Origin: a virus
Taxonomy: Duplodnaviria > Caudoviricetes
DNA: 44,007 nt
Virus record (IMG/VR): IMGVR_UViG_3300014885_000001
Span: 1-44,007 of that record
Strand: one strand, 5' to 3'
Of this stretch, positions 25,570 to 34,054 are shown piece by piece; the first letter of the stretch is position 1; every line of letters begins with the position of its first letter. The notes below the pieces were generated by a model. The model ran no database searches. It was not told the DNA's origin and was given only the letters and a program-made list of their open reading frames with translations. The position numbers were made by a program, and so were the translations under genes.

Positions 25570-25821
25570 TCAGTTGCCGAGAATGACGATGGTGCCCGCG
25601 CCGTTCTCGATCGCCGCGTAGCGCGCCGTGATCTCGAACTCCACGGAGCAGCCGGCCGGAATGACCGCCACGGTGTCGAACGGGCCGGTGGACTCATCGC
25701 CGAGCTGCAGCGTGTCCGCCGAAGTGCCGGTGTTGATGGCGACTGCCGTGTAGCCGGGAAGGAAAGGCGCGGTCGTGCCGAGATCGGTGACGGCGGCGCC
25801 GGAAACGTATTTGGTACGCAT
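25570..25821 (-). CDS. small beta-rich capsid decoration-like protein
   Basis: Directly downstream of the capsid gene; GAGGA RBS; composition. Confidence 0.6.
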   Translation of the reverse strand: MRTKYVSGAAVTDLGTTAPFLPGYTAVAINTGTSADTLQLGDESTGPFDTVAVIPAGCSVEFEITARYAAIENGAGTIVILGN

Positions 25822-25882
25822 GATTGATAGTCCTCGAAAATTCAGTGGTCCGAGGAGCGCCTTGCGGCGCTCCCCGGAGGCG

Positions 25883-26962
25883 TTACGCCAGAGCCAGAAC
25901 GGCGTGCGCGTTGCGCTTGCCGGTCGTCAGGGCCGCTTTCGCGGTCAGAGCCCAGTAGTGGACGTAGCGGTCGTACACACGCGGGGGCCGACGCGAGATC
26001 ATCCAGTGGCCCTTGATGGGGCGCAGCTTGATGAAGCGCGTGTTCAGGAAGTAGCACCGCGTGGCCCATGCCACGGTCGGGGTGTCCAGCGTGTCGAGCG
26101 TGTCGAACACCGGGTCCCAGATCAGTTCCACGCCCTTGAAGTACAGGCCCGTGTTGATGCCGTTGCCGACACCGCCATCGAGCGTGATGCCCTTCTTGTT
26201 GCCTTCGGCACCGCCGACCTGCACATGACGCTGAATCGCGCCGCCCGGCGAGCCGACCGCATCGCGATAGGCGTCGATGAAATCGGCGCCGCACAGGATG
26301 TAGTCAGGCGGGAAGCCGCCGTAGCGGATGCACGCGCGCCATGCGCGTTCCATCGCGTCGAGCACGCCTTCCGAGCTGTCTTCCACGCCGAGATCGGCGT
26401 AATTCTGCCACCACGCGTTGCTGGCCGCGATCGTGCCGACAGTGCCCGCGGTCGGGGACAGCGACACCAGGGCGTCAAGGCCCGGGATATCGAGGCTCGA
26501 CTGCGAACCGTCACGGTGCAGCATCAGGTCGAAATTCTCGTCGAAGCCGAGCTTCAGGGTCTCGAGATTCTCTTCGAGCAGGTTCGTGAGCTGAACCTTC
26601 TCGTTGTCGCTCGGGGACTGGCCGCGCTCGTCGGTGAGGATGACGCCGTTCTGCGCCATTTCGTCTTCGTCGAGGCCGAAACCGTCATGCCACGAGCCCC
26701 ACAGGAACTTCGCCTGGTTGACGGTGCGCTTACGGTTGTACGTGACCTGGCTGGAGCCGAAGTACGCCTGGAAGTTCGAATCGTTGCTAAATCGCAGCTG
26801 CTCTACGACATATTGCAAACCGCCGGTCCACTCCTTCTTGCCCTCGCCGAGCTTCTTGAGCAGCGGATGGGCGACATTGATCTGGTCCGTCGGGTCGTTC
26901 TTCAGGTAGAAGTCGAGGGCGAGTTTGCCCGCGTACGAAACCTGTTCTGCGGTGAAAGGCAT
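25883..26962 (-). CDS. major capsid protein
   Basis: ~359 aa; DQI...PLLKKL, GG...E.LR, GLDALV, WW.N, FKGVELIWDP, YFLNT; strong GAGGA RBS; very biased codon use. Confidence 0.85.
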   Translation of the reverse strand: MPFTAEQVSYAGKLALDFYLKNDPTDQINVAHPLLKKLGEGKKEWTGGLQYVVEQLRFSNDSNFQAYFGSSQVTYNRKRTVNQAKFLWGSWHDGFGLDEDEMAQNGVILTDERGQSPSDNEKVQLTNLLEENLETLKLGFDENFDLMLHRDGSQSSLDIPGLDALVSLSPTAGTVGTIAASNAWWQNYADLGVEDSSEGVLDAMERAWRACIRYGGFPPDYILCGADFIDAYRDAVGSPGGAIQRHVQVGGAEGNKKGITLDGGVGNGINTGLYFKGVELIWDPVFDTLDTLDTPTVAWATRCYFLNTRFIKLRPIKGHWMISRRPPRVYDRYVHYWALTAKAALTTGKRNAHAVLALA

Positions 26963-27067
26963 TGTTGTGTCCTCAAAATGGTTAACGAAAACCGCTTTGA
27001 GGGGCATGACGCCTCGGACAATGCTACCGGGGAGCGGCCCCGGCGATCAGCTATCGGTCAAGGCGCG

Positions 27068-27096
27068 AATTTTGCATGCGTGCGCGCTCCTGTCAA
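27068..27096 (-). promoter_or_regulatory. sigma70-like promoter upstream of the capsid gene
   Basis: Perfect TTGACA (27096-27091), then 16-17 nt, then CAAAAT/AAAATT. Confidence 0.5.
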
Positions 27097-27138
27097 CACG
27101 AGTTGCGGGCGCGGATCAGTTCGTGATAACATTTGGGC

Positions 27139-27618
27139 ATGCAAGAACTTACTGAACTCCCGTCTTCCCGCACTGCGGCCAAGGTTGCAGGCGCAAAACA
27201 CTACTTCACCGGAAAGCCGTGCTCTAAGGGGCATCTGGCTCGGCGGCACCTCACCGGGACTTGCGTGGAGTGCGCCAAGGTGGCAGTCAAAGCGTGGGAA
27301 GCGCGCAACCCCGGTGAGTGGCGTAAGCGCGCCGCCGCTTACTACGCGAGGTACCCCGAGCGCGTGAAAGCGAACTCCGTGAAATCAGCGCGTAAGCGCA
27401 TGGGTATCCCCGACGCACCTTACCTGAAGCCGTTGACCTGCGAACTCTGCGAGCGCGACACGACCGACGTGCAGATGCACCTCGACCACGACCACACTAC
27501 CGGTGCGTTTCGCGGCTGGCTATGCAACCGCTGCAACTTAGGCTTGGGCAATCTCGGCGATACCGTCGCTGGCCTGGAGCGTGCGCTCGCGTACCTGCGG
27601 CGCGTCGGCAGTAGTTAG
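27139..27618 (+). CDS. endonuclease VII-family (His-Me finger) free-standing homing endonuclease
   Basis: YFTGKPCSKGH..R....CVEC N-domain; CELC...HLDHDHTTGAFRGWLCNRCNLGLG; lone + strand gene in the late operon. Confidence 0.9.
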   Translation: MQELTELPSSRTAAKVAGAKHYFTGKPCSKGHLARRHLTGTCVECAKVAVKAWEARNPGEWRKRAAAYYARYPERVKANSVKSARKRMGIPDAPYLKPLTCELCERDTTDVQMHLDHDHTTGAFRGWLCNRCNLGLGNLGDTVAGLERALAYLRRVGSS

Positions 27619-28062
27619 CTCCCACAGCACCCGCGCTACGCCGCCATTTCCGACGACATCTCGGATGCCCTTCAGCTTCACGCTGGACTCCGCCCAGCTC
27701 CCGCGAGGAGCTAAAGCCTTGACGCGGCGGAAGCCTGCAGCGCGCAACGACACGCCGCTCTCGTCGGCTTGGGTGTACGTGATGCAGCGCGTATAGCCCA
27801 TCGCCTTCGCCGCTCGCCACACGGCGCCGTACAGCATGGAGTTTGCGTTCGGGGTGCCGTCCGTACATGTGCGGCTGACTTCGAGCGTAAACCCGTTGTC
27901 GAACGCTCGCGCCACGGGGCGCCCGGCCGTTGCGACACCGACGAGCGCGCCATCTTGCTCCAACCCTACGCCGAACTTCCAGCCGCGCGGCGGCTTATTG
28001 TGCCGATGGTGTTGGCTGACAAACTCGCTGGCTCGCGCCAGCGTGATCGGGACGATTCTCAC
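27538..28062 (-). CDS. XF1762-family protein (GNAT/Mom-like fold)
   Basis: PITL..A..FV..HHRH, GVATAGRPVAR, LEVSRTCTDG..NANSMLYGA..RAAKAMGY...ITYT...ESG.SLRAAGF. Confidence 0.8.
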   Translation of the reverse strand: MRIVPITLARASEFVSQHHRHNKPPRGWKFGVGLEQDGALVGVATAGRPVARAFDNGFTLEVSRTCTDGTPNANSMLYGAVWRAAKAMGYTRCITYTQADESGVSLRAAGFRRVKALAPRGSWAESSVKLKGIRDVVGNGGVARVLWELTTADAPQVRERTLQASDGIAEIAQA

Positions 28063-28154
28063 GCGAAAAGCAAGCTGCGTAGGCCGAACACTGCCAACAG
28101 CAGGACTACAGTTAAGACCAGCATGGCGATGTCGACTTTATCTTGGGTGCTCAT
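28059..28154 (-). CDS. 31-aa single-TM peptide, absent from the ORF track
   Basis: My translation MSTQDKVDIAMLVLTVVLLLAVFGLRSLLFA; ATGA and GTGA overlaps with both neighbours. Confidence 0.65.
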   Translation of the reverse strand: MSTQDKVDIAMLVLTVVLLLAVFGLRSLLFA

Positions 28155-28900
28155 AGTTTCCTCAGTCCGCTTCCTATTTTCTCGTACTCGAAATGCGACA
28201 ACGCGAGGCGCTGGCCGGGGCGCGTGTAGTCATCATTCGTCATCCGAAACGGGTTCGTGACTTCGCACAGCACCTCCCGGCATTCTTGCTCCAACCGAAG
28301 GCGATACCCGACCGGGCGGGGCGGCTTTGGCGTCTCCGCGGGGTCGTACTGCTTGAACCACTGCAGCAACGGCCCGGACATGGGCCGAATGTGCGCGCCG
28401 TTGCAGAACTGGCGCAGCGGAGCAACGCGCTCTTTCGCCCGGCGCTTCATCGCCGACTTCGGCGCTTTATGCTTCGGCGCTTTCGCACCGGCGTCGTGGA
28501 AATATCGCCGGCCGCCCTCCCACATATCGATGCCGGTCACGATGACCTGGCTCGCGCCGAGCGTCGCCGCGAGCGCAATAGCCTGCATGCCGGTGTTGCC
28601 GGCCATCGTCCAGTCGGGCAGCCGGTAGTCGGCCCAACTATGGCGGTTCACGATCGGCGCGCCGTACGGCCGGAGGATCTTCTCCATCGGCTCTTTCAGC
28701 AGGCAGTGGCGCTTGTCGACGTTGGTGACTAGATCGACTTTGAAGCGATCCTGCTTGAAGCCGTGTTCGTTGGCCGAAATCACGCAAGCTGGCGTCTCCT
28801 TGAGCAGTGGCAAGTCGCGCAGCACCGACGGGCCGCCGCCGATGACCAGAATCGGCTTGCCCTCCCAGCGGTGGAAAAGTTCAGTTACGAGGCGCTGCAT
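28151..28900 (-). CDS. DUF115/Maf-like (sialyltransferase-like Rossmann fold) putative glycosyltransferase
   Basis: ILVIGGGPS, ISAN, NTGMQAIALAATLGASQVIVTGIDM, YFH motifs. Confidence 0.7.
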   Translation of the reverse strand: MQRLVTELFHRWEGKPILVIGGGPSVLRDLPLLKETPACVISANEHGFKQDRFKVDLVTNVDKRHCLLKEPMEKILRPYGAPIVNRHSWADYRLPDWTMAGNTGMQAIALAATLGASQVIVTGIDMWEGGRRYFHDAGAKAPKHKAPKSAMKRRAKERVAPLRQFCNGAHIRPMSGPLLQWFKQYDPAETPKPPRPVGYRLRLEQECREVLCEVTNPFRMTNDDYTRPGQRLALSHFEYEKIGSGLRKL

Positions 28901-29358
28901 TGTTCAGGACTCAGGTGACGCCATTTCAAACCGTGTGATCGCGCAGTGGCGTGAAGCGCGATGCGCGGCGCGACACCGGCGGTTTCAAGCAGCCACATAT
29001 ACGCGCCGAGAAACGTCGGCCCGTGATCTTGCACCCGCGCGCCGAAAACATCGTTGACTATGAGGTGCGCTGCTTCGTGCAGCGCAGTCGCGACGTTCTT
29101 GCCTTTGAGCGAGAAGCTAACTACCCGCTTCTCGACATCGCACCAAGGGTAGCTCTTGCCGGCATGCTGCCCGACACGCGGTGCCGCGATGCCGAACTGA
29201 TCGCACGCCCAGCTTATCGCCGACCGGCACTCGGTGAGGGTGAGCTCGGCGCGGTTCCACGCTTTCCAAGAACCCTCCCAGCGATAGACTGCGTCTTGTT
29301 GCGGATCGCTTTCGCTGCGGCCCGCAACTTTTCGCGTCTTCGCAGGCACGCCGAGCAC
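28885..29358 (-). CDS. HExxH metallohydrolase (SprT / Rv0185-like)
   Basis: D.QQ..VY..E N-terminus; ALHEAAH and HGPTF zinc-binding motifs. Confidence 0.7.
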   Translation of the reverse strand: MLGVPAKTRKVAGRSESDPQQDAVYRWEGSWKAWNRAELTLTECRSAISWACDQFGIAAPRVGQHAGKSYPWCDVEKRVVSFSLKGKNVATALHEAAHLIVNDVFGARVQDHGPTFLGAYMWLLETAGVAPRIALHATARSHGLKWRHLSPEQCSAS

Positions 29359-29362
29359 GCCA

Positions 29363-30382
29363 TTACTCGAATGCGCCGTTGACGGCCTCGAGCATTGTCT
29401 TCGGCTGCTTGGAGCTGGAGCCCGAGGGCACCTTGTTGCCGCGCAGCGGCTGGTTCTTCGGCAACTGCTTGCCCGCCGCCTTCGCGGCAGCCGGAACCTG
29501 GTCGTATGCCGTTTTGAAGGCTTTCGCCCACTTCGCTGGCGGCAGATCCGGCAGCATGCTCTGGAGCATCCCCACCACGAGTCCCGCCTTGCGCCGGTAT
29601 TCGGCAGGACCGTCCTTCGCGGCGAGCTGTTTGCCGAGCGTAGTCAGCGCAGCCTTGCCGGCCGCAGTGGCCTGAGCCTGCTGCTGGGCGCTTTGCTGCG
29701 TCGTCTGCTTGACCTGCCCGAGCTTCGTCTGCGCCGCGGCGCGGTTGCGCTGCTTGGCGATTTCGACCGCGCGCTCGGGCGTGATGAGCTTGTCGTTGAC
29801 TTCCTTGAGCAAATCGGCGTGAGTCGCAAGGATATCCTGGCCCGGCATCGGCTCGCCGAGCAGCTCCGCGAGCGCTTTCATCTCGCCGCTCAGAATGTCC
29901 CACGCTTTTTGCAGCCCTTCGTAGGTGCCGCTGTTGTAATTGCTGGCGTACGTGAGCAGATGGCCGAACGTCTGTCCGTTCATGCCGGCGCCAGTGATCT
30001 CGCCGATGAGTTCGTTGTACTGCGTCTCGACGGTCTCGCGCGCGGATGTCTGCTCTTTGAGCTTGTCCACCACATGCTTGAAACGCTCGGCGGTCGACTG
30101 CAGCGTGCCGCGCGGGAGCGGATCGTTGACGGGATCGGTCTCTTTCGGTGATTTGGCGGCAGCTTTCGCAGCGGCCTCTTCTTCGGTCTCTTCCGCTTCT
30201 TCGCCTTCGGTGGCCTCTTCGGCTTCTTCGCCTTCGGGGGCTTCTTCGCCTTCCGGCGTTTCCTCGGCTTCTTCGCCCTCGGGGGCCTCCTCTTCGACGA
30301 TCTCCTCTTCAGGGGCGTCGTCGGACGGGAGACCGGCGTTGATGGCGTCGAGCAGGCTTTCGCCTTCGTTCTCTTTGGGCAT
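29363..30382 (-). CDS. capsid scaffolding protein
   Basis: Very acidic repeated N-terminus (EEAPEGEEAEE), ERF...V.K, helical Gln/Ala-rich; between portal and capsid genes. Confidence 0.7.
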   Translation of the reverse strand: MPKENEGESLLDAINAGLPSDDAPEEEIVEEEAPEGEEAEETPEGEEAPEGEEAEEATEGEEAEETEEEAAAKAAAKSPKETDPVNDPLPRGTLQSTAERFKHVVDKLKEQTSARETVETQYNELIGEITGAGMNGQTFGHLLTYASNYNSGTYEGLQKAWDILSGEMKALAELLGEPMPGQDILATHADLLKEVNDKLITPERAVEIAKQRNRAAAQTKLGQVKQTTQQSAQQQAQATAAGKAALTTLGKQLAAKDGPAEYRRKAGLVVGMLQSMLPDLPPAKWAKAFKTAYDQVPAAAKAAGKQLPKNQPLRGNKVPSGSSSKQPKTMLEAVNGAFE

Positions 30383-30404
30383 GGGTGGTTCTCGTCAGGG
30401 GTCG

Positions 30405-32684
30405 TTAGAGTGGGGGCGGCGCGCCTTGCGCAGCCGGATTGTTCACTGTGCCGTTCCCGACAGGCGGGGCCGCGCCGGGAAGTGCGGAAGTTGCCGGAGC
30501 ACCGGGCATACCAGGCAACATCGGCGGCGCGGCGCCCGGTGCGAGTATGCTCTCCAAGGTGAGGCGGTCGTCAAGTCGTTTCAGCGTCTCACGCAAAATG
30601 TTTTTCAGCGTCTCAGCCATGCCGATGTCGCCGGTCTGTTCCGACAGGCGAATCTGGGGCACGAGTTCCATGATGAGCGGCAGGAGCGTCGCCCACGTTT
30701 CCTTGTCGGCTTGGGCGCGCGGCTTGCCGGTGGTGCCGGCCTCCACTTCCACTTCAACGAGCGTGAGCACGTCTTCAACGTCCATGCCTTCCGGCCAGAA
30801 CGCGAACGGGCCGGCGAGGCGCTGCACGTCGCGCGCCGTCAGGCCCTGCACCGCAATTTCCAGCGTGTACTGGGCGAATTCGGTCAGCAGATCCTCTTCG
30901 GTATCGCGATCGGCGTTGGTGCGCGATGCGAACCCGGACTGCTGAATGTCTGCCTCGGTAGCCGTGTTGGCGCTCGATGAGCCCGAGGCTTGCGCTTCCT
31001 GGACACCGGTGACGACGTTCATGTCGTACAGGATATCCGTGGTCGCGAAAATGGCGGGATCGATGTTCGGCACGGGCTTCGCGGTCATGATGTCGTCCAT
31101 CTTGACGCCGGGCGTCGTGGTGCGAATGCCGACCATCTCAAGCTCAGTGCTGCTCTCGAGCTTCTTGACCTGCTCGACGTCCATCTCGCTCGAGTTGAAC
31201 ACGATGCCGGGGATGGAGCGCTCGCGAGTCTTACGACCACTGGAGCGGCGCGAGCTGTACTCATCCTGCAGCTTCCACGTACGGTCGACGAGCGACTGCG
31301 GATGCCGCGCGCCATCAACTTCGAACAGCGCCAGTTGGAAAAACGGATAGTAGCGCGACGCAGCGTGTTCGGGCGGGTAAGGCTCGACCGCCCAGCGATC
31401 GATCCCGTCCACGAACGTCTTGACGTTCATGTCACGGTGGTCCCAGAACTCGACCACTTTCACGAATTTGACCGCAGAGTCTTTGCCGCCGGTGACGCCC
31501 GAGCCCTGGCCGACGTTGTCGGTGGCCTTGACGTAAGTGCCTTCCGGGATGGCGAGCTCCGGGGATGCGTAACCGTCCATCGGCTGCACGTTTTTCTGCG
31601 TCTCGCGCTGAACGTACTCGGCCGCGGTGCCCCACTGGGCGTCCTTGATGCGCGGAAAGCGCGCTTTTGCGCTGTCCTTCTCGATGTACAGGTCGTGCGA
31701 CAGCCAATCGGCGTCGCGATAGTCAGCAAGCGTCGGCACGTCCAGGCTGACTTGCATGTCATCGGCGCGAATGAAATCGATGCACTGGCCGCGCTTTACC
31801 ATCAGTTCGACGCGCTTTTCGAGCCCGGCGATCTGGAATTTCAGCTGCTCCAGCGTGAGCGCCTCGTCGGTGTCAGGCTGCAAGCCCGTCAGGTCGTCCT
31901 GCAACTTCTGGATGCGCTCCAGATTGTCGCGGGCGTCGGAAAGCTCTTTCTCGACGAGCGGATTTCGGCCCTGCTCGGAATAGATGTACGATTTGAACCA
32001 GCCTGGGCCGACGGAGAGCGAGGAGCGCAGTACGCGCTTCATAACGCGCTTCAAAGCGGCCTTCTTCCACGACTTGCTGATGACGATTTGCGCCGTTTCG
32101 GCGAACCGCGCGGCGTCTTCCTGCTCGAGCGGCTCGGCGCTCTGCGCCGCGGGCGGCGCGACCGGCATCGGAGGCGGAACGCCCGGCGGAACGCCCGGCG
32201 GGCCGGCGAAAGCGGTAGCAGGATCGGCCATCGGATCGGCCAAAGGTGGCGCCATCGGGTCGATTGGCGCTGCGAGAGGATCGACAGGCGCCGCGAGGGG
32301 GTCGACCGGCATTCCAGGCAGCGCGCCCATCGGCGGCATGACGGGGGCTTTCGGAGACGGCGGGGCGACGTGCGCCGCAGGGCGCGCGCTTACGTCCGGG
32401 TCTTTCGCATACAGGAAAGACGAAATGATGTCGATGAAGGCGCCGATGATGTTCGCATCGGAAGCCCATTTCGGATTCGAGTTGCCGGCGGCGTAACGCC
32501 GATCGCGCGCGTATCGGTGGCGCTGAGTCTTGTCAAACGCGCGGGCGGTGTCGTATTCCTTGACGGTCTTTTTGACCGCTTCGAGCTCGCCTTCCGGGAT
32601 AGCGTCTTCGCCGTCGCCCATGCGAACGCCTTGGTCAACGGCGCCGGCCAGGCCAGCGGTCATCTGCTCGGGGGTAACACTCAT
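30405..32684 (-). CDS. portal protein
   Basis: 759 aa; ANII, LYAKDP, GPGWFK, V.EFWD, YPFF, LQDEY, TATEA.IQ, V.VEAGTTGKP motifs; Pro-rich insert and tail. Confidence 0.85.
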   Translation of the reverse strand: MSVTPEQMTAGLAGAVDQGVRMGDGEDAIPEGELEAVKKTVKEYDTARAFDKTQRHRYARDRRYAAGNSNPKWASDANIIGAFIDIISSFLYAKDPDVSARPAAHVAPPSPKAPVMPPMGALPGMPVDPLAAPVDPLAAPIDPMAPPLADPMADPATAFAGPPGVPPGVPPPMPVAPPAAQSAEPLEQEDAARFAETAQIVISKSWKKAALKRVMKRVLRSSLSVGPGWFKSYIYSEQGRNPLVEKELSDARDNLERIQKLQDDLTGLQPDTDEALTLEQLKFQIAGLEKRVELMVKRGQCIDFIRADDMQVSLDVPTLADYRDADWLSHDLYIEKDSAKARFPRIKDAQWGTAAEYVQRETQKNVQPMDGYASPELAIPEGTYVKATDNVGQGSGVTGGKDSAVKFVKVVEFWDHRDMNVKTFVDGIDRWAVEPYPPEHAASRYYPFFQLALFEVDGARHPQSLVDRTWKLQDEYSSRRSSGRKTRERSIPGIVFNSSEMDVEQVKKLESSTELEMVGIRTTTPGVKMDDIMTAKPVPNIDPAIFATTDILYDMNVVTGVQEAQASGSSSANTATEADIQQSGFASRTNADRDTEEDLLTEFAQYTLEIAVQGLTARDVQRLAGPFAFWPEGMDVEDVLTLVEVEVEAGTTGKPRAQADKETWATLLPLIMELVPQIRLSEQTGDIGMAETLKNILRETLKRLDDRLTLESILAPGAAPPMLPGMPGAPATSALPGAAPPVGNGTVNNPAAQGAPPPL

Positions 32685-32696
32685 TCGCGCATCCTA

Positions 32697-33200
32697 TCAA
32701 GCCAGTCCGCGGTCTACAACAGCACGTACGATGCGAAAGAACGGTTCGTCGCCCCAATCGAGCAGCGCGGTGTTCACTGCAATAAGCACTATGCGGCAGT
32801 TTACCTCGCTGTAGTCGCCGCCCGCGATGCGCCGGTCTATGGCCGGCCCGTACGGATTGCGGGGGTCCCGCGACGACGCTTTCAGGTCGAACGGTAGCCC
32901 GGTGATTTCGCAAGTGCCGCGATCCAGCGCAGCTTTAACCCACTCTTTCGTGAGCGAGAACTTAACTCCGGTCGATACGGCCCGCTTCTTGGCGCGCGCC
33001 ACCATATAGCCTGCGCGCACTCCGGTGTCCGTCTCGTAACGCTGTCTGAACTTCGCTCGAAATACCGGATCACTGCGCCTGCGCTTTTCGTCCATCTTTC
33101 GACACTCTTTACACCAGCACGCATCGCAATCGTAGAAATCCGCGTGTGGCGTCATCTCTTGGCAGTTGGTGCAAATCCGCGCCAGTGTTGTGAAATCCAT
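32697..33200 (-). CDS. HNH-like putative homing endonuclease
   Basis: CxxC...F...CKEC; AKKRA...FSLT; CEITGLPF; PAIDRR..GGDYSEVNCRIV...N. Confidence 0.75.
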   Translation of the reverse strand: MDFTTLARICTNCQEMTPHADFYDCDACWCKECRKMDEKRRRSDPVFRAKFRQRYETDTGVRAGYMVARAKKRAVSTGVKFSLTKEWVKAALDRGTCEITGLPFDLKASSRDPRNPYGPAIDRRIAGGDYSEVNCRIVLIAVNTALLDWGDEPFFRIVRAVVDRGLA

Positions 33201-34054
33201 GAAGCGGGGCCTCTATAATCCCAAGGTTTTATCGGGCCGTTGAACTGTACCAGCCGCGCATCTTTCGGCAGACCGTGATCGGCGCCGAGATCGCGAATAG
33301 AGTACAGGCCAGATTGACGACTCCAGACCGGCACTTTATCGGCCAGCTTGAAAGAGAGCCACGCCTGGTCCGATCCGCGGAACCCCGCGGCGCGTGCTTG
33401 CGCAACGGCCGCGTGAGGGTTCTTTATGAAATCGGTCCAAACCTTTGCATGTGCGCCCGGCGTGTATAGATAAAGGCCCCCGCCTATGCGGGTCTGCTTG
33501 CCCCAGTCGCGGAATGGCCGCCATCCCACGAATGGTTCGCTGCGGTCAACGATCGGCGTCAAATCATTCACGGGGACCATATCTATGTCACCGAGAAGCA
33601 CCCTTTCGCTCAAGTATTCTTTAGCTTCGTCCGATTGCGCCCACAGCCGGCGATAGCAGGACGGGAAGCGATTGCCCTCGGGCGAGCGGATTTTGCCGGC
33701 GGCGAGCGCCGCAGGCGGCGTCTGAATTACCGTGACGTGCTCGCTGAACCCTTCGGTGTCGTCCGTGATGCAGACGAAGCGGTGCGGGATCGGCAGGTGC
33801 GCCTTAAACAGCTCACAAAGCCGGTTAACGTGCTTTGCTTGGAAGAAACGCGGCGGCGACGGGGCGCCGCGCGGCAGGACCGGCTTCGGCGGAGGCGGCA
33901 GCGTCTTTCCGGCGGCCAGCAGCATTTTAGCGCGCCGGCCGGATATCTGCAGGTCGTAACGCACTTGCGGCACGATAACAGGGCCGATGTTGCGAGTGCC
34001 GCGCGAGCCTTGAAGATGCGGGTCGTGCCACATCCATACGAGCACGTCAAGCAT
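33152..34054 (-). CDS. GT-A fold glycosyltransferase (GT8-like)
   Basis: HVNRL...HL..PHRFVCITDD, DID (DxD), SDQAWLS, VQFNGPIKPWD. Confidence 0.8.
   Translation of the reverse strand: MLDVLVWMWHDPHLQGSRGTRNIGPVIVPQVRYDLQISGRRAKMLLAAGKTLPPPPKPVLPRGAPSPPRFFQAKHVNRLCELFKAHLPIPHRFVCITDDTEGFSEHVTVIQTPPAALAAGKIRSPEGNRFPSCYRRLWAQSDEAKEYLSERVLLGDIDMVPVNDLTPIVDRSEPFVGWRPFRDWGKQTRIGGGLYLYTPGAHAKVWTDFIKNPHAAVAQARAAGFRGSDQAWLSFKLADKVPVWSRQSGLYSIRDLGADHGLPKDARLVQFNGPIKPWDYRGPASWISQHWRGFAPTAKR

Noticed and set aside
24149-32897. Long + strand ORFs (24149-25312, 25775-27367, 29940-30980, 30990-32897)
   Set aside because: Antisense shadows of high-GC structural genes, with no motifs and Arg/Ala-rich composition
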